Part shown: positions 34,101-46,011 of the stretch, piece after piece
How the letters are laid out: each line of letters begins with the position of its first letter
How positions within the stretch are numbered: position 1 is the first letter of the stretch
Assembly: GCA_002104945.1 (NCBI GenBank)
Contig: MCFH01000009.1
Coordinates: 186,001-250,000 of the forward strand
Direction: 5' to 3'
From: Piromyces finnis finn
Taxonomy: Eukaryota > Fungi > Neocallimastigomycota
DNA length: 64,000 nt
Position numbers and translations under genes: made by a program
Notes under the pieces: model-generated
What the model was told of the DNA's origin: nothing
The model's input: the letters and a program-made list of their open reading frames with translations, nothing else
Database searches by the model: none

Positions 34101-34895
34101 GCTAATGAATATACAAATAAGATCAACAATATAAATTCTGAAATAAATACTCAATCTCAACTCTATAAGAATGGAATATTGAATAATACTAATTGCTTTA
34201 ACCTTGAAAATTTTAATAATTATAATGTAATAAATAATACTACTGGAATTAATAGTAATGGTCAAATTCATTTATTAAATTCTACCATTGTTAATCCAAA
34301 TAATAATCAAACTAGCCCTATTTTAGTAGCTCTACCAATATTACCTTATAATACTAATAGTCTAAATAGAAATCAAACAACTAATTTAAATAAATTACCA
34401 CTTAACAATACAATTGCCTTGAAAGAACTTCCCTCAAATCAAAATCAACCATTAAATGATATATATAGAAATAGGTCTATCCAAGAGAATATTCCATCAC
34501 TAACTATAAATTCCTCAAATAATTCAATAATCCCCATAAATCATAATTTATCTATTAGTAGTAAATCTAATTCAATTACTACTGATACAAATATTACAAA
34601 CTCAAATTCTATTTCCCTTTCATCCTTTAGCGTAAATAACTCATCTTTTAGTGATGAGGAACTTTCTAAAAATATACTATTTCAAAATCCATCCCCTATA
34701 AAAATTAAAAAAAATAACAGTAGTATAAGGAAAGGTTATTCAAATTCTTTAAAACCAATTTTTAACCATAAAGGCAGCTTAAAAAGTGTTGGAGACAAAA
34801 GTGTTAATTCAGGAAATATTAGTAGTAGTTTTGATCTTCATATAGATTCAATGGAATTGGATGATATTCTTAATGAGATTAATTTATCAAAATAA
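31153..34895 (+). CDS. LRR receptor-like protein 1: Cys cap, 10 one-repeat exons, Cys-rich juxtamembrane, single TM, long Asn/Ser-rich tail, no kinase
   Basis: Cap CCNWSNIQC. Internal exons 31433-31504, 31608-31682, 31763-31837, 31916-31984, 32061-32132, 32214-32276, 32369-32437, 32528-32599, 32684-32752 and 32856-32924 each encode one LRR (e.g. ISLKNNLLTAFPYFLRNMPHLKSL). TM AVVFLSLAIISLLIYIIHFL, then KLKKEK. Start codon uncertain. Confidence 0.88.
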
Positions 34896-35639
34896 AATTA
34901 GTATTTATATAATTTTTAATCTATAAAGTTCAATCATTATATTTTTTTTTAATAATTAAACTTTAAAATAATTTATACATTTAATTCAAGAGTAATTAAA
35001 TTCTTTTTTTATTTTTTTTTATCCATTTTTCATAAAAGAAATAATTTACTATTACGAAAATTTTATTATAAACAAATAAACAAATAAACAACAACAACAA
35101 TAACAATAATAGCAACAATAATAATAATTATATAAAAAGTTTAAAAAAACAAAAAAGTAAAAAAAAAAAGAATAACAACAAAAAAAATTACAATAATATA
35201 CTTGATTTTTTATAATTTTATGACTTTTAAAAAAAAAGTAGAAATTAAATAAAAAAAAAAAAAAGGGAAACAAAATAAAAATAAAATAGCAATAAAAAAG
35301 AAAAGGCAAAGAAAATTAGTAGAAGAAAATATAAAACTATTTTCTTATTAAATAATTACTTTGCATTTATTTATTAATAATAATAAAAATTATATTTTTA
35401 TGAGAATAAAAGTTTTTATATGTATAAAATATAAAATAATAAATAAATTATAAATAAAAAATAAATTAAAATGAACAAAATTATAATTAATTTGGCTTAA
35501 TTTACATTTGTGTGATTTTTCCTTAATTTGTTTTTGTACTTTTTTATTATAAGAATAAAGTTTTTTTTTTTTCTTTTTCTTTTTTTTTTTTTTATTGATC
35601 CATACAGTGATATATTAATCAATATAACATACCTTGAAT

Positions 35640-36030
35640 CCTCTTGGGAACGTGCCCTCATTTATTTAATAAATGAAGTTTTTCAAGGGGCTCTACTCAT
35701 GCTCATGGTACTGAGAGAGTAGAAAGAATTAAATCCAAGTATTGCGCAATGGATGCTTGGTTAGTCTTTATTTGGAAATATTATTAGGACTAAGCTCATG
35801 GCATTGAGCGACCCTCTTTTCAAGGTCGCCGTGTGCAACAGCAAAAGAGGGTTGCCTTTTCTGAAAAAATAGTAAGAAAAGACAATAAATTTCGAGTTGA
35901 GTTGGTAACCTGAGTGACAGTTGTTATACCATTTTCTCATTACATATTTAACTAATCTTAAATATTAGTTACCTTTACCACTTAAATAACATAATATTAG
36001 TTTACAAACTTTCTTCTTCTTGTATTTATT
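35640..36030 (+). mobile_element. Solo 5' end of non-LTR family B (shared leader 35640-35811 plus B-specific UTR)
   Basis: Colinear with the reverse complement of 38440-38814; no ORF follows. Confidence 0.8.
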
Positions 36031-36127
36031 TAATTTGAAATATTACATTATATTAAGTGATAATATATATTGATATAATAAATAATAAATAATAATAATA
36101 ATAATAATATATATATATATATAAAAT

Positions 36128-38814
36128 AAAATAATTATTAAAGTTGCATAAAAGTTCAATAAACTCTGCAACTCGTATTGTGTGGGATTGGTCCCTACCT
36201 AATAAATTAAATGAAATAAAAAAGAGAAGTAACATCAGGTATGATAGTGTGGTGTCCACTAAACTCTCTCATGAGCTCATAATGTTTTCATTCAAAGAAA
36301 TACTAACATTGAACCCTGTGTACGGAACATTAGGAATGTTCCTTTGCCATATCGGTACGACGTCGGAGCTCTTGATTACATTAGGTGTTTTACTAAACCT
36401 ATCAAAAAGTAGCTTCCTAGAGCTACTAATAATAAGGATTGTTTTAGTAAGAAAAGACGCGAGACCTTCTACATATAAACATGAGACCCCGATGAACTGT
36501 AAAGCTGTTCATTCAAATGTCTTTGTTCCGCCTTATCGATTTGTAGCTCATCATAAGCTAAAGTTCCACCAAGAAGGAACGTAAAAATATAGTTATAAAT
36601 TGTTTTTCTTACTTCCGTTTCGGGGAGTAAGTATGTGATGAATTGATTATTGTATTTATTTTGAAAAAGGGTAAAAAGATTGTCAAGAAAGCTAAGTGAA
36701 GAAGCTCTGTATTCAGAAAATGTAGAACATTCTAATATCCAATAGTAAAAAGATTGTTCGTCATAACCACAACATGGACAGACACGAGGGCAGTCAGGAG
36801 TAACTCTATTACTGGCAATAGCAATTCGGGTGGTATTTTCATAACCGCATCGAATACGAATAATCCAGGTAATTCCTAAATTTAAGTGAGGTTTATTGAG
36901 ACCGATATGCATTAGGCGATTTGAATTAAGAAATTTGTTGTTAGTATATCTGAGGGCTTTACTTCCATTATTTAGGCTACTATTATTCCAATAATGTTCT
37001 CTAATAACTTCAGTACTTTTAATATTTATTTTCATAAGCTTCTTATGTAGTGAACAAGATTCTTTGGTCCAAGAGTAATGAGACATGGGAGGAATAGATC
37101 GGACGAGACCTTTAATAATACAATTTGATTTTCTCCATTTAACAAAACATTTCACTTGTTGCGCAGCACAAATACCTGAAAGGGTAGGAATCTTCATATC
37201 TCTTGTCAAAGCATACAGATTAATAAATGAATTTCGTTCAAAAACAAAATCTTTGCTATTAAAACTTTTATTGTGAAAGCTATTGACACTCCATAAAACA
37301 GCAGGTATTGATAAGAGATTGGACTCTTCTAGTTCTATTTTTGTTGGAACCAAGTAAAGGAGCATAATAAGAGACTTTGCTTAAAATATAAGAATGAATT
37401 ATTATTAGAGATTATTGAGAAAATCAAAATATTTACCACGTATACCTAATTTATATAACTTTGTAAGGATATTAAAAATAGGAACTGAGTCGTATGCTTT
37501 TTTAAGGTATAGAAAGGCAAATATTAATGGATTTTCCTTTAAATTTTCTTCTTTGACAGATTTCTCTAATGGAAATAAATAAGCTAATGCATTCTTCTTT
37601 ATTACAAAAACCAAATTGCTCAGTTCTGATAAAATTATGAAAAAGAATGTAATAGTATAAAAAATAATAATAGTAAAGTGGATATATTGAATAGTTATTG
37701 GATTATTTGTCAAACAATGTTTTACTTTTACTTGGAGAATAAAAAATATACTAAGTTGCTGAAAAACTTAGTATTTACTTTATTGAAGACTTTAAATTGG
37801 AAATAAATTTATATTCTGTCACTTTGAATTTCTGAGATATACCTGTAATTTGTAAACTTTATTTTTTTATTAGATTAATACTGTTTGTTGGTTGACTATT
37901 GTAATATGTTGATTCTGATTGTTGGATTTAAATAATCATAAATGTTAATTTATGATGAAGAAAAAGTAGTAAAAAGGTGAGAAGTTATTATACCATATTG
38001 CAAAGGATAAAGGATATAAAGAATTAAATAAAGAACATAATAAATTCTCAAAATAAAATTGAAACAAGAGTAGTATATATAATAAAAAACTAGGATACTC
38101 GATTTTCCAGAATTTAAGCTTTATTGTTAAAATAAAAAAAAAGAGAGTTTAATATTTACCATGAAATGAAATTCTACAATATACCTAAAAAATTATAAAA
38201 ATATAGAATAGAGATAGAAAAAGTGTACAAAAGAATGTTAGTAGAAAGAGATTCCTTGGAAAATTTAGAGTTTCAAAAAAAAAAAAAAATAAAATAAAAT
38301 AAAAAGTAAATATAGTGAAAAATAAAAAGATTAAATATGATTAAAAGTAATGATAGCCGCAATAATTACAAACTTGATTAACAATTAAACTATATAAGCT
38401 ATGAAAAATAAAAAATAAAATCAAATATATTCTTAAAACAACAATTAATACTACAGAATCAGAAAATTTGTAAATTAATATTATGTTATTTAAGTGGTAA
38501 AAATAACCAATATTTAAGATTAGTCGAAGATGTAAGGAAATGTGGTATAACAACTATCACTCAGGTTATCAACTCAAATCGAAACTTATTGTTTCAGAAA
38601 AGACAACTCTCTTTCGCTGTTACGCACTGCAACCATGAAAGAGGGTCGCTCAGTACCATGGGCTTAGTCCTAATAGTATTTCCCAATAAAAACTAACCAA
38701 GCACCCATTGCACAATACTTGGATTTATTTCTACTCTCTTAGTACCATGAGCATGAGTAAAACTCCTTGAGAAATTACATTTATTAAATAAATGAAGGCA
38801 CGTTCCCAAGGGGG
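36128..38814 (-). mobile_element. Non-LTR retrotransposon family B, internally deleted and frameshifted, both termini present
   Basis: Leader at 38646-38814. RT pieces EQFGFCNKEEC... and LKKAYDSVPIFNIL (37405-37713) join directly to the post-RT region. C-terminal CPRVCPCC...WILEC zinc-knuckle region. 3' end followed by TTTTA units. Confidence 0.88.
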
Positions 38815-39589
38815 AAACACATTTCCTTTTCATATTATTAATTTAAATAGATATCAAAAATAACTAACAATAATTAATGTTTAAAGGGAATTTATTTTCA
38901 TGCTTTTTATAAAATAATAATTAATTATATTGAATTCACATATAAACTCTTTTTATATTAATGTTACTAAAAATTAAATATCTATTAGTATTTCTAATAT
39001 TTTTTTATTTTATACATCTTTATTTTTTTTTTTTTTTTGTAAAGTATTATATTATAAATCAAATATTTCTTTTTATTGTTTAAACAACAAATTTTATTCT
39101 ATTTTTCTGCAGTTCAAATGAGTAATTATTTAAATATAATAATTGTCTTAATAATAAAAGCAATAAATCTAATTATTATCTTTTAAATATATTATTATTT
39201 ATATTTTTAATCATCAGATTATTAATAATTTATCTAAATAGATAAATTAATACTATCATTAATACCAAAACTAAGACTACTAAGAAGGCTACTACAAATA
39301 TCAATAAAGACTACTCTTTCATTATTAAATTTAAAAACGAAAAATAAAAAAGTTGATAATCCATCTAAAAATTAATACACCTTTTTCTTCAAAAATAAAA
39401 TCAACCTTTGACTCACCTTCACTTATACCAATCATTAAATCCAATAAGTACCTCCATTAATGAATACAGTGAATTTTATTATTATTATTATTATTATTAA
39501 TTTTTTATTATTAATTGTATTGTATTCATTACTTTTTATATTGATTTTATTAATATTATTTTGTATAAATATTCTATCATTCTATCGAG

Positions 39590-39890
39590 TTTTCTTAATA
39601 TTAATTGTAATCTAGTGGTTGTTCACCAAATTGATCATATTTATCATCATCACCTTTAGAGGTTTTATTTAGTAATGCTTCTTTAATGGCTAACATTTTT
39701 TTACGAATCCTAACTTGTAAGTCAGCTTGATCTTTATTAATTTGATTATTTTTTTTCTTGTTATAATAATTCTTTATTTAATATAGAAGATAAAACTACT
39801 GATAGTACAGCAACAGGAAAGGAAAGTTATATGGTATAATATTATTTTCATTGCTATTATTAAATGTTGTGTCAATACCCATGTTATCTT
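39590..39890 (-). pseudogene. Pseudogenic fragment of the C-terminal tail of the 42262-45017 LRR-TM family
   Basis: Aligns by eye to NMGINIPFNN...VAVPPV...KELLLQENNIQID..QAxLxxxIRKxMLA..., with an in-frame TAA and frameshifts. Confidence 0.8.
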
Positions 39891-41309
39891 TATTATATGA
39901 TATATTAATATTTACATTAATATAAATTAGTAGAATTAAAGAAATATCTTTCCTTGGCTTATTTTATCCTTTTTTTTTTTAACAAAATATTTAAAATATC
40001 ATGATGATACTAATACTTTAATATATATCATTACTATAATATGTTTTTTTTTTTCACTTTATAGTAGTATAGCTATATGAATATTTGACAAAGAATAAAA
40101 GTACAACACAATATTTTAAATTCATTACTAACTACCAAAAAAGTTTTAAACTCTTAATTATATAATAAATATAATATATTTATTAATATCCTCAAAAAAT
40201 TATCGATTAATTCTAGAAACTATTCAAACAGACTACTAGTAGATGTTAATTTACTCTTCAAGAAATTATGGTAGTAAAGAAGTACAAAATTTCTCTCTCT
40301 CTTTTTTTTTTTCACTTTACATTGAAACGTATCTTTAACCTAAAGATAATTTAACCCTTTTAAATTATGATACAATACAACACAAAGTGTTTGTTTCTTT
40401 ATAATTTTTTAAATAATTTTTATTCAATGTGTAATATAAAACATTAATGATTTTATAAAGAATAATTAATAAATAAAATAAAATAAAATTACTTTATTCC
40501 TTTATATTACATTTTAAAGAAAAGATATTGAAATAATTATATAAATATATACTAAACTAAAGCATAATTGTACATTTAACCATTTCTATGATTATGATAT
40601 TTCTAATATTCATTTTCATTTATTTAATTATTATAAATCTTTAACAAACACTATTATTAGTATTTTATTAATAAGATATAAATTTTGGTTTTATTTTAAT
40701 CTTTGTCATTCTAAAGTATTGAGAAGAGTCTAGATTAACGTAATAAAAGAATTGCTTATTTGAGGCTTGACATATACAAATATAATGTATAATACAAATC
40801 TATTAAATGATATAAAAAAATAAAAAAAAAGAAAATGATGAATGGTTACACTAAAAAAAAAAAGAAATTAAATATCAATTTATATTATTTAAAGTTGCTT
40901 ATTAATTTCATAAAATAGTCAATTGCCAATATATATAAACAATATAAAAATAGAATGATACAATAGAATAATATAATATAATATATGAATAACTCTGAAA
41001 TTTTGTTTAAAGTGGATGGATTCTAAAACCAATATAAAACTTAATGGAAAACTTATTTTCTACTATAAACTTTAATTATAATAAAAAAAAGTATTTTTTA
41101 TGTATTTTATATATTCATAGAATTAAAAAGTTTGTTATAATTTATCATAAAACATTAATTACTTTTAAACACTGAAATATATTAAAATTTACAAAAACTA
41201 TAAATAATTAAATAATTCCTTGGACATTTAATTCAAATTATTATTATTATTATTATTATAGTTTAAAAAATTTAATTATTTCTATTTAATTATAAAAATT
41301 ATTGCCTAT

Positions 41310-41810
41310 CATTTTACCTACACTCTTTTTAAAGTGTTGCATAAAAACACCTTATTTCAATAGTAAATTTGATTGATAAATTTTAATTTAATATCAAGAA
41401 AATGAATTATCCAAATAAGGATAAAAGGAAAAAAATTTTTTTTCATTCATTTCCAATTTTTATTATTGGTTCAATTTGTATGAATAATTTAAATTTTATA
41501 TTGTATAATATATTACTTTATATTGATGTATATTATAAAATAAAAAAGTGAATGATTTTATTGACTACTTAATTAAAATTTTTATTTTAATTATACACAA
41601 AAAAAAAGTCCTTAAATATATTTATTCTCGATTTTTATTGGTTCATTTTAATTAAATTTATTAATTAAATAATTGTTTTATACATTCAGAAATTCCTTTT
41701 TTTTAATTTTGTTTTAAATTTAATTTATAATATAATAATAATATAATATTATATATAATATATTATATTATACTTTATATATTTCTATATAGTTTTTATA
41801 TATAACTCTT
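41310..41810. repeat. ~500 bp local duplication, copy 1 (copy 2 at 56831-57290)
   Basis: Near-identical cattttacctacactctttttaaagtgttgcataaaaacacc...; copy 2 lacks ~50 bp bounded by tgtat microhomology. Confidence 0.92.
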
Positions 41811-42261
41811 TTATTTTCTTTAAAGTAATTACATACTTTTATATTACATAGATGAATAAATGATTTTATATGAAAATCTATTTTAATCTATTTTTTATAT
41901 TAATTAAACTTTTAAAGAAAAACTTTTTTTATAAATAAAAAAAATCCTTAAAAAATATATTATGTAATATATTGATTTTTTTTATTTTTAGTTTGAAAAA
42001 GCTTAATCTTTTTTAAATACTTCAAATAATTAATTATTTAAATAATAATAATTATTTTAATAATAAAAATAATAGATGTAATTATCTTTTAAACCTATTT
42101 TTTTTTACTGTTAATTATTTGATTATTATTAATTTGTATATTTAACTATTGATTTTTCTTAATATCTTTATTATTAATATTACTGTTTTTATTATTGATC
42201 TTATTATTGTGTTTTTTATTTTTTAATATATAATTTATTCTAGTTGTTCTATTAAATTTTC

Positions 42262-45017
42262 TTAAAATTGGGTGTAGGATGGTGGTGGTTCATCAAATTC
42301 ATCATTCTTATTATTATTACCTTTAGATTTCTTATCAAGTAACATTTCTTCAGTTGCTAACATTTCTTTACGAATCTTGGCATGTAATTTAGCTTTATCT
42401 TCATCAATTTGGATATTATTTTCTTGTAATAATAATTCCTTCTTTGATATAGAAGATGATGAAGCTACTGGTGGTACAGCAACTGAAAAGTTATATTGCA
42501 TTGAATTATTTTCATTCATATATCCCATATTATTATTAAATGGAATATTAATACCCATATTACCATTATTATTAAATGGAACATTAACACCCATATTACC
42601 ATTATTATTAAATGGAACATTAACACCCATATTACCATTATTATTAAATGGAACATTAACACCCATATTACCATTATTATTAAATGGAACATTAACACCC
42701 ATGTTACCATTATTATTAAATGGAATATTAACACCCATGTTACCATTATTATTAAATGGAACATTAACACCCATGTTACCATTATTAAATGGAGCATTAA
42801 TACCTGCATTATTCATTAATGGAGATGAAACAACTATACTATTATCCATACCATAATTAATACTTTGTTGTGATGTATTAATGTCATTTAGGTTATTAAA
42901 AGAATTATTTATTGGTGAATTATAATTTCCATTAGCACCATTGTTATTTAATTCCGTATTAATGTTTGCTTGAGAAATATTAGCAATATCATTATAATGA
43001 TCGTTATTACTTGTATTAATTTCTTCTGGCTTGTTTTCAGATTTATTAAGATTATATTCATTTATAATTTTTTTACTTTCTTCATTTGTACTATAAGCAT
43101 AAGTTGCATTATTATCGTCTTTAATATATTCTGGTCCTTTTTTATTTTTATTGATAAAAAAGAAAACTAAAATTGAAATAGTTAAAACAACTGCAACTAC
43201 TATTGATATAATGATAGCTTTATTAAGCTTTGGTTTATCATCATCATTATTTTCTTCTTGTTTTTTTTCATAAACCTTATCTAATAAAACTTCATTATTT
43301 TTTTCATACTCTGGTGTACAATCAAGTTTATCAACATCTTCACTACAAACCCCTTTATTACGAAAACAAAATTTACCAGGATCTAATGAACAAGTTTTTA
43401 ATGTAGTACCGTTAAATCCAAAAACAACATTTTGAAAACGATTTTTTGAAAAATCACTATTATTAAATAAATAAATAAATAAATAATAACTAAATAAGAA
43501 TTTTATATAGTTATTATAAATTTAATTAAATTTAAAGCATACATCATTTCCAAAGATTTTATTTCATATAATTCATTTGGTAAAACTGTGATTTTATTAT
43601 CGGTTACATTTCTAATAGAAAATATTATATAACCATATAAATATTTATTTTAATATATATTTCAAAAATTAACATTAATTATTAATACTTACAATTTTTT
43701 CAAATTTGATAACTTGTTTATTGATTTTGGTATTTTTTCAACTCCATTTCCTGTAAAAAATCTTTATTAAACATGTTTTTAGTAATGTATTAAAAATACT
43801 ATTATAAATGATATATTCAAAACAAATTATATTTACAAATTTTTTAAATTCATATTAGAATTTATAATATCTTCAAACAATGAATCTGGATCCTTAAAAA
43901 CATTATCTCCAACATAACTTTTTTTCAAATATATATAAATGATGAATTGTTAAATAATTTATTAATATTAAATATCTAATTTATATATTGTTATAAATCA
44001 CAAATAAATAATACAGGCTTTCCAAGTTTGGAGGAAATGAAGTAATTTTATCAACTTCACTGTTATATAAATTCCTATAAGTTGAACAATAAATATTATT
44101 CATAATAGTAGCAATAATATATTAGATTGTAATTTCTGTTAAAAAGTTAAAATATAGCCAATTTTTTTAATACTAACAAAACAGCAAGTTTTTTATTTTC
44201 ATTCAAACCTTCAATTTTTTCCACTCTAATATTTTTTATCCAACTACATTTAATAAGTAATATATCATTAGAATTAATTCAAACAATAAAATAATAAATT
44301 TTTAACTTTATCATTACATCTTTTCAAGATCATGTAAAATTCCAATATTTGGAAATTCTTTTATAGTTTTATAATTATCTACGATTTGTCTATTTGTTAT
44401 ATTTTATATTAACAAATAAATATTATTATTGAATATTAAAATATTTTTAAATAATTAAATAATTAATTATTTTATTTACAAAATTTTCAATTTTTGGAAT
44501 TTATCAAATATTTTTGGAAAATCTGCATTTCTATTAAAAGCTAATGATCTTTATATTTAATATAAATATTAGTTTTTTTTTAATTGTAATGAATTATATT
44601 ATTATATTTAAATTTATATATTTTTTTCTTACAAATTTTGAAGATTTGAAAAACTTTTAAGGGGATCAAGATTTATATCTGCTTGTATATTATAAAATTC
44701 TCTATATAATAAATGAAAGTAAGTATAAGAAATAATAATAAAATCTATTAAAATTAATTGAATATATTTTATACTTACAATTGAATAATTTCATTATTTA
44801 CAACATTATACCGTAAATTGCTTCTAATACAATAACCATTAATATGACAGTATTTATCAGGACTATCGGGTGGTACTGCTATATTCAAATTATTTAAATT
44901 ATGTATATTTATAAATTCTTTAAGCTCATTACATTGTTTCTCTAACAAAGTTTCACCCTGAGCTATAATAGAATATCCGAAAATTAATATACAAAATAAA
45001 TATAAATGAAATTTCAT
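42262..45017 (-). CDS. LRR receptor-like protein 2: signal peptide, 8 one-repeat exons, TM, Asn/Gly/Met repeat tail, C-terminal PPxY
   Basis: MKFHLYLFCILIFGYSIIAQG signal. Phase-2 exons of 69, 69, 72, 66, 60, 81, 69 and 69 bp. Cys-rich TCSLDPGKFCFRNKGVC, TM AIIISIVVAVVLTISILVFFFI, ends DEPPPSYTQF*. Confidence 0.9.
42530..42790 (-). repeat. Coding 36-bp tandem repeat (~7 x NNNGNMGVNVPF)
   Basis: Visible directly in the DNA and in track ORF 42262-42849. Confidence 0.93.
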
Positions 45018-45230
45018 AATTTTTTATTTTTCCTTAATTTATTTATTTTTATATATATAACTTTTTTTTTTTTTTTTTTTATTTTTTTAACTTTTTATAA
45101 TGAATTTTCATTTTTATATTAAAAAAATTTATTATTTATTTTTGCAACCAATGATGTTATTTTTTAAAATTATTAGAAACTGATTGATACAGTTTACTAC
45201 TATTTTAAATTTATTAATCATTGACCGCAG

Positions 45231-45598
45231 AAATAAAATAAAATAAAATAAAATAAAATAAAATAAAATAAAATAAAATAAAATAAAATAAAATAAAATA
45301 AAATAAAATAAAATAAAATAAAATAAAATAAAATAAAATAAAATAAAATAAAATAAAATAAAATAAAATAAAATAAATAAAATAAAATAAAATAAAATAA
45401 AATAAAATAAAATAAAATAAAATAAAATAAAATAAAATAAAATAAAATAAAATAAAATAAAATAAAATAAAATAAAATAAAATAAATAAAATAAAATAAA
45501 ATAAAATAAAATAAAATAAAATAAAATAAAATAAAATAAAATAAAATAAAATAAAATAAAATAAAATAAAATAAAATAAAATAAAATAAAATAAAATA
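45231..45598. repeat. (AAAAT)n array (~70 units) abutting a family-B 3' end
   Basis: Pentanucleotide array immediately adjacent to the family-B terminus at ~45599. Confidence 0.95.
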
Positions 45599-46010
45599 AT
45601 TATTTAAGTTGCATAAAGATAAAAGTTTAATGCATTTTGTACTGCGATTGTTTAGGATTGATTCCTACTTAATAAATTAAATAAAATAAAAAAGAAAAGT
45701 AACATCAGGTATGATAGTATGATTTCCGTTAAACTCCCATGAGTTCATAAGGTTATCATTGGAAAAAATACTAACATTGAAACTTTTATATAGAACATTT
45801 GTAATATTTCTTTGATATGTCGATAAGACGTTACATCGGCGTTCTTGATTACGTTAGTGCTTTATTAAATCTATCAAAAAGTAGTTTCATTGTGCTACTA
45901 ATGATAGGAATTGTTTTAGTAAGAAAATTCTCAAGACCCTCTATATGGAACATGAACCTCTGATGAACTATAAAGCTGTTCATTCAAATGCCTTTGTCCC
46001 GCCTTATCAA
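45599..46010 (-). mobile_element. Family B LINE 3' portion (left half of a copy split by a family-A insertion)
   Basis: Colinear with 36130-36540; breaks at ...ccgccttatcaa. Confidence 0.85.
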
Positions 46011-46011
46011 C

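Noticed and set aside
36144-36584. 146-aa plus-strand ORF, and other antisense ORFs (7196, 25115, 42377, 47442, 61875, 63070)
   Set aside because: They are antisense or alternative frames of real genes or retroelement sequence.
35640-38814. Possible TIR DNA transposon bounded by 380-bp inverted repeats
   Set aside because: The repeats are LINE 5' ends, the interior is RT rather than transposase, and no TSD is visible.
42530-42790. Regularly spaced 36-bp repeats (and 42-bp repeats at 50300-50640) as a CRISPR-like array
   Set aside because: There are no unique spacers; the repeats are in-frame coding repeats of eukaryotic genes.
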